NCBI GenBank assembly: GCA_951406725.2
Contig: OX597815.1
Span: 213,156,001 to 213,220,000 of the forward strand
Direction of reading: 5' to 3'
Source of the DNA: Octopus vulgaris
Taxonomy: Eukaryota
DNA: 64,000 nt
Shown: positions 1 to 13,632 of the stretch, in pieces
Layout: each line of letters starts with the position of its first letter
Numbering within the stretch: position 1 is the first letter of the stretch
The notes under the pieces: generated by a model
What the model was told of the DNA's origin: nothing
The model's input: only the letters and a program-made list of their open reading frames with translations
Database searches by the model: none
Position numbers and translations under genes: made by a program

Positions 1-26
1 TTAACAGACACAAATTCGTTTTGGCA

Positions 27-240
27 AAGGCAGCGAGTTGGCAGAAGCGTTAGCACGTCGGACGAAATGCGTAGCCGTATTTCGTCTGCCGTTACGTTCT
101 GAGTTCAAATTCAGCCGAGGTTGACTTTGCCTTTCATCCTTTCGAGGTCGATAAATTAAGTACCAGTTACGCACTGCGGTCGATGTAATCTGTCCTTGTT
201 TGTCCCCTCTGTGTTTAGCCCCTTGTGGGCAGTAAAGCAA
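27..240 (+). mobile_element. tRNA-derived SINE (related copies at about 277, 3270-3640, 49285-49495, 52557-52765, 54785-55600, 62205-62420)
   Basis: A-box-like TGGCAGAAGCG, B-box-like GAGTTCAAAT, shared core GCCTTTCATCCTTTCG..GTCGATAAA. Confidence 0.8.
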
Positions 241-467
241 TATATTATTATAGATATTATGCTAATCTGTAAGAAGTGGCGAGCTGGTAGAATCGGTAGC
301 GAATCGGCTTAAAATACTAAGCGGCATTTTCAGTCTTTGCTCTTCATGTTCTGGGTTCCAGTTCCATCGGGGACAAAATAAGTAGCACTCAGGTGAGGGT
401 GATCGGCTTACCCCGACAGATTAAAATTGCTGGCTTTGTGCCTAAATTTGAAGTCATTATGCTAAAT

Positions 468-993
468 CATAGGTTCTCAAAGTGGACGTTACCGCCCTCC
501 TGGTGGGCGTTGAGAGGGTCCAGCTGGGGCGGTAGAGAAAAAGGAGGTATTGGGAGGGGAGGCAGTGGATTGGGGAACACTGAATTTATATTATTATTAT
601 AGTATTTTATACAATTTATATGATATTATATTAATATCAAATGATTCGTAGTATATATAATTAGAGAAAATCCCTGGAGAAGGACATCATGCTCGGAATG
701 GTCAAGTGGCAAGAGAGGAAGAGGCCGACCAAGAACCTGCCGGCTTGACACCATTAAAAGTGACATAGGAATGGCCATATCCAATCTGAAAGAAGCGGCC
801 CAGGATAGAACTGGCTGGAGAACACGGATCCATCGAGTAACCGAGAGTTGACTTCGACTGAGCGGATCGATAGATAGATAGATAAAGTAGTTAAATATGA
901 AATATTTATTTATACATAAAAATAGGGGTGTGGACGCTGAGGGTATTATGTGACTATAAAGGGGCAGTGGCACAAAACGTTTGAGAACCACAG
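468..993. mobile_element. hAT-like non-autonomous element with a nested RTE 3' fragment (about 665-875)
   Basis: TIRs CATAGGTTCTCAAA / TTTGAGAACCACAG, 8-bp TSD TGCTAAAT/GGCTAAAT. Inner SLEKDIMLGMV..RGRGRPRT remnant. Confidence 0.7.
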
Positions 994-2007
994 GGCTAAA
1001 TTAACAATTTCGTCTTCGGTAAATTTTCTGTTTGTTCCAGTTCCCAGCGAGACAGACTTTCATTTTGGTTTCAGTTCTCGGTTTGGTTATTTCATTTTCG
1101 CACCATATTATCTCTAGCGGTAGAAGACGCACCTTTTACCTGGGATTGGGGGATTGGGGTCCCTACCACACTTCTTATTTTCTCCTCAAACAGACCCCAT
1201 CTCGATACAGACTATATTTTGTCAGCACAACAACGAAACATTTTGAAATATATCGTAATTTTTTTTCTCTCGTCTCGTATTCATTTTGCGACTTCGTGAA
1301 TGAAAAAAATTAAAGCTCCGAAGAAAAGCAGTTATTTATTAACCTTGAATTCCCCTCCCCCACAAGGCCGTACTGAAAATAAAATTGGGAAAAATCCCCG
1401 TCAAAACGAAGAAAACCCAACTTATGTGGTTGTGCTTTCGGGGACTGGGTCATCCTGTTGTACATTTCGAAAGATTACGAGAGGAGTGAGCAAGTGTTTG
1501 TTTAGTGATGATAGAAGTAGTAAATGCTTATTATTACTCTTGTTTAACCTCAGGTCATTTCTCATGTAATAATTTGAAGGATATTTCTCAGCCGTTTCTA
1601 TCAAGTTTATAAAACACTTTTCGTTTTCAAAAGATTTGGTTGCTATTTCTAACGTGTTTGGATTGAAAATGAAAGGAAAAGAAAAAGAAAAAAAATGAAA
1701 GATCGCATGTATTAAAGCATCTCTCTTCCGTGATTAAAGTTATGGGATACTGTAAACATTATTAATAGAACTCACAGTTGATGAAATGGCTTTGATTGTA
1801 AGCTTTATATTTTCAGAAAATAATTTTATTACCACATCTAATTCAGCCATGAGATTACATCAATTAATTTTTTTTCTACCGTAACTTATCCCCAATACCT
1901 TGACTTGTTAACCTCAGTTTTATTTTTATCTGGCAAATCTTCTACGCTGTGGATAATCTACTATAATCCTGTCTACTTCATTTTATATAAAATAATATAT
2001 TGATATT

Positions 2008-2296
2008 ACGGAGATGTACTTGCATAGCAAGTGACCTGATCTGAGATCATGTGCTGGAACGAAAACAATTGCAGCCTGGAAGGTGTTTATAAGAACACAC
2101 AAAAACCGTTAGATTTACTTCAACATTTAAATTTAATTTGTCAAAATATTTTCGTGCAGCACGGAGTTTTGTCAGTGAACAGGTCGCGGTCCCAAAACGA
2201 CAATATTTTGGCAAATTAAATTAAAATGTTGAAGCGAATCGAACGGTTTTTGTGTGTTTCTTAAATGGCTTACAAACACCTTCCACGCTGCAATTT
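2008..2296. repeat. Palindromic dispersed repeat (related copies at about 20378, 23065, 25670 and 42190-42395)
   Basis: Arms AATTGCAGC.TGGAAGGTGTTT...CAAAATATT inverted around a short spacer. Confidence 0.75.
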
Positions 2297-3647
2297 ATTA
2301 ATACATTATAATATAATCTAAAAGTGATAGATGTAATTTGCTTAAGTTCTTTCTTTTATTCATTTGACTGCGGTCATGCTGGAGCACCACCTTTAGTCAA
2401 ACAAATCGAACCCAGGACTTATTCTTTGTAAGCCTAGTATTTTTTCTATCGGTCTCTTTTGCTGAACCTACAAGTTACGAGGACGTAAACACACCAACAT
2501 CGGTTGTCAAGCGATGGTGGTGGTGGGGGGGGACAAACAGAAATATATACGGGCTTCTTTCAGTTTCCGTTTACCAAATCCACTCACAACACTTTGGTCG
2601 ACCTAGTTATAATAGAAGACACTTACTTAAGGTGTCACTGAGCGGGACTGAACGCGGAACCATGTGGCTGCTAAGCAAGCTCTTTACCACACGGCCACTC
2701 CTGCACCTAAATTACAGAAATAAAATGGAAAAACAACTTAAACGGGCCACTGGCTTTAACTTGGATCACTTGAAGCTGATGCATTCATTGAATGTTGAAC
2801 GTGAAGCATCTTACATAATTGTCCCTCGACACCAAATATATACAAGGAAAGCCATTCCAGGGAACAATTCCTTATTTCTTGAAATTCTCTCCTCTTTTCA
2901 GTGTCGCTAGTTTTCGTTTCGTTTTTCCACACGAAAGGTAAATTTTAATCATCTTAGGATTTCTCGCGTGCGGTAATCAGTACATCAAATCTTTATGCGA
3001 GTTATATACCAAAGCTAATTTTATTTATTTGTAATTATCACATTGAACGGTCATTCCTCAATACAAGGGAAATAATTCTATCGTTACAATTGTGAAATGA
3101 GATTAAAACATGCAATGTAGAAAAGTTTGAGGACATTTTCTCTAAATGTAAAACCTCTTCAGTTCAGGACTAACCCTCAATAAACAGAAAGTGGTAACTA
3201 TTGTGTATAAGAGACTTTGAATTTGCAGACCTGCAACATGTTGATGTCTATAATTCTTATTTTTTTTATAGCCCACAAGAAGCTAAACATAGTGGACAAA
3301 CAAGGACAAAGGGATTAAGTCGATTATAGCGACCCCAGTGCATAACTGGTACTTAATTTAACGACCCCGAAAGGATGACAGGCAAAAGTCGACCTCGGTG
3401 AAATTTGAACTCAGAACGTAACAGCAGACGAAATACTTGTTTCTTTACTACCCACAAGGGGCTAAACACAGAGAGGACAAACGGATTAAGTCGATTATAC
3501 CGACCCCAGTGCATAACTGGTACTTAATTTATCACCCCAAAAGGATGAAAGGCAAAGTCGACCTTGGGGGAATTTGAACTCAGAACGTAGCAGCAGACGA
3601 AATACCGCAAAGCATTTAGCTTTGTGTGCTAACGTTTCTGTCTATAA

Positions 3648-3901
3648 CAAGCACTCCGTCGGTTACGACGAGGGTTCCAGTTGATCGATCAACAGAGCAC
3701 TCCACAGACACGTGTACCCTTAATGTAGTTCTCAGGGAGATTCAGTGCAACAAGGCTGGCCCTTTGAAATACAGGTACTACCTATTCATTTTTGCCAGCT
3801 GAATGAACTGGAACAATGTGAAATAAAGTGTCCTCAGGAATTGAACTCGTGACCTTACAATTGTGAGCTGAATACCCTAACCACTAAGTCATGCGCCTTC
3901 A
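3648..3901 (-). mobile_element. tRNA-derived SINE
   Basis: GAAGGCGCATGACTTAGTGGTTAGG...GAGTTCAATTCC head followed by a non-tRNA body. Confidence 0.7.
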
Positions 3902-4532
3902 CTATAATTCTATAGCAACTGAAACAGTGTTAAACCTTTTGAATTTTTAAAATATTTTCTACTCTGAAAGAATGGAGGGATGAGGGAAAGAACAGTGGCA
4001 ACACCCACCTTCCATACTTTTTTATATTTATTTAGATTCTACTAAAATAAGGGATAAGAACAATTGAGCGAGGTTAAATATGATTGGTAATTAATTTGAG
4101 TAACCTTGTTGCCAGCTGACACACTTCCAGGCTTGTTTTCAGAGATGATTCGAACAAATGACTGTTTGCAGGACACCAACACTCGTTTACAAGTATTGCA
4201 ATGTCAAGGTAGGGAGAAAAAAGATATTGTCGACCCGAAATATATACACATATATATATATAGCAAATGAAAGACAGAGGATGGGAATATATGAGAATTT
4301 ATTATTAATCACGACAATTGTTTCAACATATCCAGCATCGATTCCTCATGGGTTGGAACACTCAACAACTGGTCCAGGAGCATCCGGTGGTGCAGATGTA
4401 TCTTATCAGGTGATAAATAAATAAACTTGTTAAAAAGACTGTTCCACAATGTAACTTCTTGTTTTGTAGAGAAAAGCAGCCAGATGAAGGAAATATCTTC
4501 ATTTATATAGAAAATCAAAAATAAAATCAGAT

Positions 4533-4885
4533 AGGCGCAGGAGTGGCTGTGTGGTAAGTAGCTTGCTAACCAACCACATGGTTCCGAGTTCAGTCCCACT
4601 GCATGGCATCTTGGGCAAGTGTCTTCTTCTATAGTCCCGGGCCGACCAATGCCTTGTGAGTGGATTTGGTAGACGGAAACTGAAAGAAGCCCGTCGTATA
4701 TATAAGTGTGTGTATATGTTTGTCCCCCTAGCATTGCTTGACATCCCCGTCACTTTGCGGTTCAGCAAAAGAGACAGATAGAATAAGTACTGGGCTTACA
4801 AAGAATAAGTCCCGGGGTCGAATTGCTCGACTAAAGGCGGTGCTCCAGCATGGCCGCAGTCAAATGACTGAAACAAGTAAAAGAG
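4533..4885 (+). mobile_element. tRNA-derived SINE, second family (copies at about 2350-2705, 30895-31272, 50813-51235, 61240-61510)
   Basis: TGGCTGTGTGG A box, GAGTTCAGTCC B box, core GTGAGTGGATTTGGTAGACGGAAACTGAAAGAAGCCC. Confidence 0.8.
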
Positions 4886-6708
4886 TATGACAAAAAGAGA
4901 AACGAACACACAATCCAACAATAAAAGAATATATTGATATATACACACACAACAGGCTTCTTTCAGTTTCTGCCTTCCAAATCCCCTAAGACACTGCACA
5001 ATGGGTTTGAACCCCCAAAATTTGTGGTTGTGAAATGAACTTCCTAACCACACATCCACACCTGCGCATGTATAAAGAAAACAATTCAACACAACATTCT
5101 TAATAAGAAATAATAAAACCCATTTAAGGGTTTCTGTAGCAATGCAAGAGCAAATGTTTTAATTTCAGAATAACCAAAGTTGAACAAAACCAAACCAAAA
5201 ATATTTTGAACAAATTCACAATTTTCTTCAAATTGAGACAATGTCAAATCCTTTGACAGTAAAATTGGGAAATATTTTATTTTTGCAGGGATTATTTCAT
5301 ATTCTTTTCATGTATCATTTTAAAAACTCAAGCTTGAACAGGGTTTATGAATAAATCCCTGTCATCACTTAAACATTTCTAGTTTTCTAGAAGTTGGAAA
5401 ACCAGATGTAAAGAAATGCTATACATCTCTCTAAATCAACTAACAGTAATTGGAGATGACTAATTTGCTTAAAAAGGGCCCACACTGGCCATTTTTTCAT
5501 AGTAATAGACTACTTGGAATGAGTGTTCAATAAAAGTTTTCGGTAATCACTTTTTGATGTTAGATTTTTATTAAAACATTATTGCTAATACTTATAATTT
5601 ATCAAATTATTAAGAAAATTCAGGTTTTGAATTAGTTACAATCTCAGATATTTGGCATCTTTGAGAAGCAATTTGCTGAGTTGATAGTATGTTAGCTTAA
5701 TGACCAAAAGTTCACAATTCTTTTCAGCACTTCACTTTAGGTTATCTGGCTACCTTGTAAATAGAGGTTTACATTCAGCAATGTCTAGAGAAGAGGTGCA
5801 GAGTTGAAATCTTACAGAGATCATGGAGGAAGAAACAATTAATTACCCAACTTCAAAAACTGACCCTTTTTGCAGTGCTGAAAATTATGGGACTAAAGGC
5901 CATCAAAACTACAAAACAAAAGAAATGACTATCACTGCATTTAGTTGTTGTATTGTTTAGGTTAAGTCAAAGCAATGGTTTGCTAGTAACAGGTGATGTA
6001 CCGAGCTGTACGGTTTGAATCCATGACCATCTAGAAAGTCAACAATCGTTTTAAAATAGCAATTTTAAATAAATAGTGACTTTTGTTGGGTAATTATTCT
6101 CCAATAAGCAAAGATAATTAAAAACTGTTACAAACATAACAAAACATTTGATGAAGTAAACAAACAAACATACGTAGAGAATATTTATTAATAGAATATT
6201 TATATTATAAATAATTTTTATAATAGAGATAGGAGGAGGAGGAGGGGGAAAAGAAAGAGGAAGAAATTAAGAGAGCTGGAATTGAGATAATGTTTGTCAG
6301 CAATGGCACCATTAAGCCGGTCTTCTTTAAGATTCTCTACATAATAGTAAATTGATTTCTTTCTTTTACAAATGGTTCCAAAGTCAGTAGAGAAGTCATC
6401 CAAGGCAGATGGACCAATGAGTTAAGTGCCATTGAGATGTCATCCACCATGTAAAAGCATCGTGATTTATTTAACCCACCTATTTAAATGTACAATTTCA
6501 TTTATTGTTCCAGTTTGCATGCTCCATCAAACAGCGGTGAAGGTGACGCCAATGTGGAAGAATACAAAAGTCAGACACCACCACAAGCACCACCACCCAC
6601 CACCACCGTTTTAAACTTTCTATCATGCTGACAGTATCAAATTAATTATTAAGTAGCAATCTATAGCCACAGCCAGCAGACCAGGGGCAGCCACACATCA
6701 GATATTTC

Positions 6709-6816
6709 TTACATAAAGTCTTCTGCAAAATCATCATAGCGTATATCATCTAAGTCATTTTCTTTACCAAACTTTATAGATGCTTTAGTTTTCTTTTTCT
6801 TCTTTTTCTCAATTTC
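6709..6816 (-). CDS. EIF3J: eIF3j exon 9, terminal (EIEKKKKKKTKASIKFGKENDLDDIRYDDFAEDFM*)
   Basis: CTCTTTTTAG acceptor, conserved C-terminal DFM then TAA. AATAAA on the minus strand at about 6501-6506. Confidence 0.93.
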   Translation of the reverse strand, partial: EIEKKKKKKTKASIKFGKENDLDDIRYDDFAEDFM

Positions 6817-7446
6817 CTAAAAAGAGGAGGAAAAAAAAAAACAACAGTAAAATAAAATGCTGCTTCAAAAAATATAGAAAAAATACTATTAGACAAACTG
6901 GGATTACTATTTTGAAAATAACATAACAGGCAAATGCATGGCTGTGTGGTTATACACACACATACATGTAAGTATGTTAGTGTCTGCAATGACACTGCTT
7001 GTGGCAATGTTGCCCATACCTGCTATAAACAAGTCAGATACATTTATCATTTGACATACAAAGATGTAGAATAAAGTCCCTTACTTGAACACAAGGGTTG
7101 GCGTCAGAAAGGGCACCTATAGTACTGCCACAAGAAATCTCATCCAACACATGCCAGCATGAAAAAATCAGATGTAAAAGCGTTGATGAAACTTTTTTTA
7201 AATGTTTATGCAAAACACTATTTATAAAGCAAATAACAGCAAGTTTTAAGCAGTAATCATTGTATTTAAGTCATTTACTTTACAGCTCTCGTTACTACAT
7301 TTTTAGAGGAGTTAGAATTATGGTACTAATGTGCAAAGTGACTTGAAGACTAATACTACAATTCTAACACATCTAAAAATATCATTGCTGCTTTAGTTGG
7401 CTAAAGTCTAGTTAAATCATATTGAATTCAAAATTAGAATATTTAC

Positions 7447-7520
7447 CTTCTGTTGTTTCAGTTTTTCATGGTACATACTGCTAAGTGATGCATTAATTTT
7501 TCTAATTTCCTCAGATTCAA
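7447..7520 (-). CDS. EIF3J: eIF3j exon 8 (VESEEIRKINASLSSMYHEKLKQQK)
   Basis: TAG acceptor, GTAAAT donor, in frame. Confidence 0.9.
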
Positions 7521-7794
7521 CTAATGGCAAGAAAAATTTTAAATTAAAAATTAAAAAAATATTTTACAATCAAATCTACTAAAATCTAATATTTAAAAAC
7601 AACACAGCTTTAGTGACACTGAAACATGACGAAATAAAATAAGATAAAAAGTCCAGTTGCATGCAACTTCTATCACCAAAAGTTAACTTTTAAATACTGA
7701 ACAAGAGTTCAAAAATTTAGCACAATATAAAAATAGCTTTATGCACACATCTGTGATCACTAAGAGAAAAATATAATGAATTGTTTATAATTAC

Positions 7795-7852
7795 CATTAA
7801 TAATAAGGTCTGTAAATAGCTTGTCTAAAAATGCTGTATAGTGTGGTGATTT
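7795..7852 (-). CDS. EIF3J: eIF3j exon 7 (KSPHYTAFLDKLFTDLIIN)
   Basis: CTCTCCAG acceptor, GTAATT donor, KS..Y..FL motif. Confidence 0.9.
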
Positions 7853-8809
7853 CTGGAGAGAGAGAAAGAGAAAAAAATTAGGTGAGATTTAACTGATTTG
7901 TCTTAACTTTAAATACCAGCTTCAACTTTGTTTCAAATCTCTGACTAGTCAACAGCTTATATGCCAAGAATGTTAAATGAAAACTTTAGGAAAAACTAGG
8001 ACATGCTGATCTGCCCAATGGAAGGGAGTAGGCAAATCAGACTCAGTCAATTAGCATTATGATATACTATAGTAAAACTTATGCCAATGTGGGAAGAAGG
8101 GCATTAAAATCAATGAGATAACTGCTTCTTCAGTGGTTTACAATACGTCGGCTTTGTTTTGAGAAAGTCACTGTTAACAGGACTTTAATTTATAAAGTGC
8201 TGAACTTAACACTTTTGTTATCAATCTCTACAAAATTTCTACTGGTTCAATAAAATTTATCTATTCATATTTATATAAGATTATTGAAGTAAATCTTGTT
8301 ATTTTCTTAGTGATTTCACTAGATCAAACACTTGTTGCGTATCAGTGTATTTATTTAGTGTTAAATTTGTGGTTGAATTTTTCTTTAATTTAAAATGTCG
8401 TTGTAACCTTCACGGTGCACCTACTTTCAATTTAATTTTCATGAGCATGAATCTGTTTATGTACACAATTCTTCAATACTGTCATTGCACTGGATTTAAC
8501 TTTATTTTTCACACAAAAATTCCATGAAAGTACCTTTTTTTAAACACCACAAAATAAAAACATTATAAGGTGTTTCAAAGATCCAAATCAAGCATGCAAT
8601 TATTTTAAAATTTAACTGAGACATAACTGTGTATTTTAGAAATACAATTGATATTGATTGCATCAAGTATATCTCAACATACCTTACTGTCTAGTTTTAA
8701 CATAACTAGACTTTTTGCTTATACATCAAACTGCAGTTAATAGAACGTTACATAACCTTATTTTAAAGTCTATGCATATAAGGAAAAGAACGACCATAGA
8801 AAATATTAC

Positions 8810-8910
8810 CTCAAATGTTGTTATCTTTTCTTTTAATGCTTCTTCAAATTTTATAAAATCTTCTTCTGATTCTGGACTCATTTGGTCAATACCAGCTCCC
8901 TCTACTAAAC
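8810..8910 (-). CDS. EIF3J: eIF3j exon 6 (GLVEGAGIDQMSPESEEDFIKFEEALKEKITTFE)
   Basis: TTTTAG acceptor, GTAATA donor. Matches the eIF3j GID.M.P...DF..F...LK.KIT..E motif. Confidence 0.93.
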
Positions 8911-10180
8911 CTAAAACAGAGAAATGATGTTTAGTTGAATTAACTAAAAGATAGTTAGCAACAACAGCTCTCCCCAACAAAATACTTTAAATTATGGCAA
9001 AATTGCTTATATGCTTCAAAAATTTATTAAAACTTGCACAAGTGTTAAATCTATGACACAGAAAAACCAGGAAGGATATGAGAAAAAAATTGTGGTGTAA
9101 AATCTTACAATGTTGGGTATTACTTGAGATGATGGCAGATTTGAGATGAATGGCCATTTGCTAGACTTCAGGCATGTCTAAACTCATGGAAAAATGAACA
9201 TGAAAATATTAAGTGTTAGCTAGATATATTATATATATATTCATAATTGCTTTTAAATCAAAATGTAGTTTGCACTTTTAATCAAAAGGCAACTTGTGCT
9301 TGGGGAAATTGTTAAAAAAAGGAAAAATGAGAGATATGCAACTTCCTATGTAATTCAATGAAAGGCTTCTTGTCAACAAGTCCAGTCATGCCGATATGAT
9401 AAGTTAAATTGTTTCACATGCTCAAAAAAAAAAAAGGTAGGATGCTGTCAGCTGACAAATGGTTTGCCCTTTAATGAAGGGTTGCAAATGTTACCCTTTA
9501 GATGCATAAAATGTTAAAATATCACGTTAAATTTCAAGCTACATTTTTACTATTCTTCCAAAAAGACCCAATGCAAGCACTAATAGTGAAATACAAATTT
9601 TCATATTTACATAATCCGAACGTATTTTGATGTTTTTTGAGAGAAATGTACCATGTTTCAAATATTTTAAAGAAGAAATCAAACATTTTGTTGCAGTCAA
9701 TTACTGTAAATGTTATTGACAAAAACAATGTATTATGGCTGCAGAAATATCATCTCAATTGTTTTCAGTTTCGTGAAATCACTTCAACCCTTTAGCATTT
9801 AATCTGGCCATATCCACCACAATTATTAAAACCAACCAGATTTAATCACTCACACCGACCCTGCAATGTCATTCTAATAATAATCACACTGTCAAAATCT
9901 CACAGCCAAGAGATAATGCACGATTAATTCACAACAATTGAATTAATAAGCATTACATTTGACAAAGAAATCTAAATGCCAAGGGTTTAATAAACAGATT
10001 TATGCCAAATCAACTTACTTTGCTTTTATACTATAAAGGATCACAAAAGCTTAAACACCCAAACATTTAGTCTAACAAATATTTTTATGTAAAAAATGAA
10101 AAATTTGCACCATATGAAACAAGATATATGGATCATATAAACATATTCTCAAGATAATATAATGAAACCTACTAAAAGGA

Positions 10181-10307
10181 AATTGTTGCACAGTTAGTAA
10201 TCACCAGTAAATAACTAAGTTAGTGGATTACTAACACGTACATTTAATATCCCTGAGCACTACGGCAGAACAAATAAGAAAATAAGTGTATGCTGTCAAA
10301 GTCAGGA
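10181..10307 (-). ncRNA. Box H/ACA snoRNA-like RNA, divergent copy at the 3' end of the array
   Basis: Hairpin CCTGA...TCAGG, H box ATATTA, hairpin GTAC...GTGC, ACA followed by 3 nt. Intronic and on the host strand. Confidence 0.8.
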
Positions 10308-11171
10308 TCTCTTTCAAAATTCAAATAAGTTAACCATTGAAGCCATCACAATGAATCTCATAACTAGGCTCAACCTTTTAAATCTTCATGGAAATTTCTC
10401 ATTATTGACAATTCAAGCATCATTTTACAATTTGGCACAGAAACGCTTGACAGTTTGAGTAATTTTTTTCTGCCTCACACATTCAGTGAATGACTTCTGC
10501 TACGTTTGACTCGATTTGGGTTTAAGGTAAATTTGAATGTTTTCTTTTTCGGCATGTTGAAAATATTGAAGGAAAATGTCTTAAATTTTATGCTAAATGA
10601 CATTTGAAACACTGGCCGTGAAAATTAAATTGTAAATAAATTTCAGAGTGTTAGAGACTGATGCAAGGACCCCCACAAAAACGAGATAAGGCAGAGATTG
10701 ATTTTAAAAAGTAATTTTTTGCAGATATTGTCCCCAACAAACTCTTGCAAACTGCTACCCTACACAAACACCTAGTTTCTCTCTCCCCACTCACCTCACC
10801 CTACTAAGTACCACCTGGATACCGCATCACCAATATCTATCTCTTTGTCGTAACTACTGATTCATTCTCACTCTCCCTTCAATGAGTAGCAATTGGAGCT
10901 CCTCTACAACAAAGACCTGCTCTTGCCCAAGTTTTGAACCCTTGTGAGCTGCATGGTTGCCTGTGGTGTGGGAAAAGCACCCAGTATACATTGTAACAGG
11001 GTTAGTGTTGAGAAGGACATCCAAGCCCAAGCAGGCACTGGTGGATGATACAATCTTTGGATCCATCAGACCCTGCTGAACTCTCCAGACAATGCCAGCA
11101 AGGAACATAGACATTAAACGATGATTATAAGAGACAGGCATATTATTAGTTGTTGGCAACAGAATAAACAT

Positions 11172-11303
11172 ACATGTAGCACAGTTAGTATATACCAGTA
11201 ACAATTAGATCATAGCCAGTAGATTACTAGCATGTGCACTTACTGTCCCTGAACGCACGGCACAACATATATATATAAATATATGTATGGTTCATAGTCA
11301 GGG
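11172..11303 (-). ncRNA. H/ACA snoRNA-like copy (CTATGAAC subfamily)
   Basis: Two hairpins, H box ACAGTA, ACAtgt. Confidence 0.72.
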
Positions 11304-11594
11304 CTTCTCCCCAATTTCAACTTCTGTTAGAAAAACAGTTTAAAACTTAGCAAAATCTTTTAAGTACATTTCCAATGAAAGGCAATGCAAATGAATATCG
11401 GTTTACATTTCAGATCTACACTATTACTAAATTATTTCATATCATTTATTATCTATTGAAAAAAGAAATGAATTTTAAAGTTTACACACAAAATTTGCCC
11501 AATATAAAAGCAACAAGGTTGAGGAAAGGATTACAGAAAAATTCACAAGCCAATCATCAATATATCAACACATGATAATATTATAATGTACTGA

Positions 11595-11708
11595 CAAACA
11601 TTGAGTAGACACCAGTAACAACTAGAACATACGCAGTAGATTACTAGTAAATGCATCTAATATCTCTAAACTATACAACACAATATCCTTATGCTCTCAA
11701 AGTCAGGG
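11595..11708 (-). pseudogene. H/ACA copy with damaged 3' stem and ACA box (repeated at about 13242, 14889, 16536)
   Basis: H box ATATTA retained, GTGCTACA end deleted. Confidence 0.6.
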
Positions 11709-11859
11709 TTTTTTCAACAAATTTTATAACTGACTTATATGCTACCAAGACCCACACAAAAATGAGAGAAGATTTTGATGAAAAAAAAAGAGATTCTATA
11801 ATAAACCAATGCAGATGGTCATAATATTACTTGCTGACAATAGAATAAAATAAAACAAC

Positions 11860-11985
11860 ACATGTAGCACACTATATGTACCAGTAACAATTAGAATATA
11901 ACCAGTAGATGCATGTGCATTTACTATCCCTAAACATTACGGCATAACAAATAAGAAAATATATGCATGCTGTCAAAAGTTAGGG
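11860..11985 (-). ncRNA. H/ACA snoRNA-like copy (CTTTTGACA subfamily, 5-nt deletion in 3' hairpin)
   Basis: H box ATAGTA, ACAtgt. Confidence 0.68.
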
Positions 11986-12818
11986 GTTTTTCTCCCCCAC
12001 CAAATTTCAATATTTGTCAGAAAAAGTTGAAAACTTAAGAGCAAAATCTCTTATTCTAATGATTGACAATTTTAGTTCCAGATTAACATTCGATGACTTC
12101 CTATTGCGGATGAAGCATTCAAGGATATCTTAATGATGAAAGAGAGTTTGTTTTTTCATTCACAGTTATCATAGGACTAAGAATTAATACTCAAGTGAAA
12201 TCAGTAGCCACTTCTTTAGCCCTTTCGTTACTATATTTCTGACCAAAATACACCCCTCATGAGTTTCAATTATATTCTGCAATGATGAACTCTATCTAAT
12301 CCATGCAGGCATGGAAAAGATGTTAAAACGTGGATGAGTATGATAAATTCATGCAATATAAAGCTTTTAGACAGCAACTACAGGGGTTAGCACCACAAAA
12401 CACTGCCCCAAAATCACATATTGGAAGCATGATAACATAGAAAAGCAAACAAAAAACGACAATGAAAAATAATGAAGATTCAATAATAAACCAATACTGA
12501 TGGCAACAGAATAAACAAACTCCCTTGAATGAGTAGCAATTGGAGCCCCTCTACAACAAAGACCTGCTCTTGCCCAAGTTTTGTACTCTTGTGAGCTGCA
12601 TGGTTGCCTGTGGTGTGGGAAAAGCACCCAGTATACATTGTAACAGGGTTAGTGTTGAGAAGGACATCCAAGCCCAAGCAGGCACTGGTGGATGATACAA
12701 TCTTGGGATCCATCAGACCCTGCTGAACTCTCCAGACAATGCCAGCAAGGAGCATAGACATTAAACGATGATTATGAGAGACAGGCATATTATTAGTTGT
12801 TGGCAACAGAATAAACAT

Positions 12819-12950
12819 ACATGTAGCACAGTTAGTATATACCAGTAACAATTAGATCATAGCCAGTAGATTACTAGCATGTGCACTTACTGTCCCTGAA
12901 CGCACGGCACAACATATATATATAAATATATGTATGGTTCATAGTCAGGG
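12819..12950 (-). ncRNA. H/ACA snoRNA-like copy
   Basis: Duplicate of the 11172 copy at +1647. Confidence 0.72.
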
Positions 12951-13506
12951 CTTCTCCCCAATTTCAACTTCTGTTAGAAAAACAGTTTAAAACTTAGCAA
13001 AATCTTTTAAGTACATTTCCAATGAAAGGCAATGCAAATGAATATCGGTTTACATTTCAGATCTACACTATTACTAAATTATTTCATATCATTTATTATC
13101 TATTGAAAAAAGAAATGAATTTTAAAGTTTACACACAAAATTTGCCCAATATAAAAGCAACAAGGTTGAGGAAAGGATTACAGAAAAATTCACAAGCCAA
13201 TCATCAATATATCAACACATGATAATATTATAATGTACTGACAAACATTGAGTAGACACCAGTAACAACTAGGACATATGCAGTAGATTACTAGTAAATG
13301 CATCTAATATCTCTAAACTATACAACACAATATCCTTATGCTCTCAAAGTCAGGGTTTTTTCAACAAATTTTATAACTGACTTATATGCTACCAAGACCC
13401 ACACAAAAATGAGAGAAGATTTTGATGAAAAAAAAAGAGATTCTATAATAAACCAATGCAGATGGTCATAATATTACTTGCTGACAATAGAATAAAATAA
13501 AACAAC

Positions 13507-13632
13507 ACATGTAGCACACTATATGTACCAGTAACAATTAGAATATAACCAGTAGATGCATGTGCATTTACTATCCCTAAACATTACGGCATAACAAATA
13601 AGAAAATATATGCATGCTGTCAAAAGTTAGGG
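13507..13632 (-). ncRNA. H/ACA snoRNA-like copy
   Basis: Duplicate of the 11860 copy at +1647. Confidence 0.68.

Noticed and set aside
1000-1570. CpG-richer patch with short ORFs, possibly the promoter or first exon of a neighbouring gene
   Set aside because: No recognisable protein and no supportable exon chain within the window
12279-12300. ATGATGA box C-like motifs in the array spacers
   Set aside because: They are on the plus strand, antisense to the host, with no matching CTGA or terminal stem, and sit next to decayed SINE tails.
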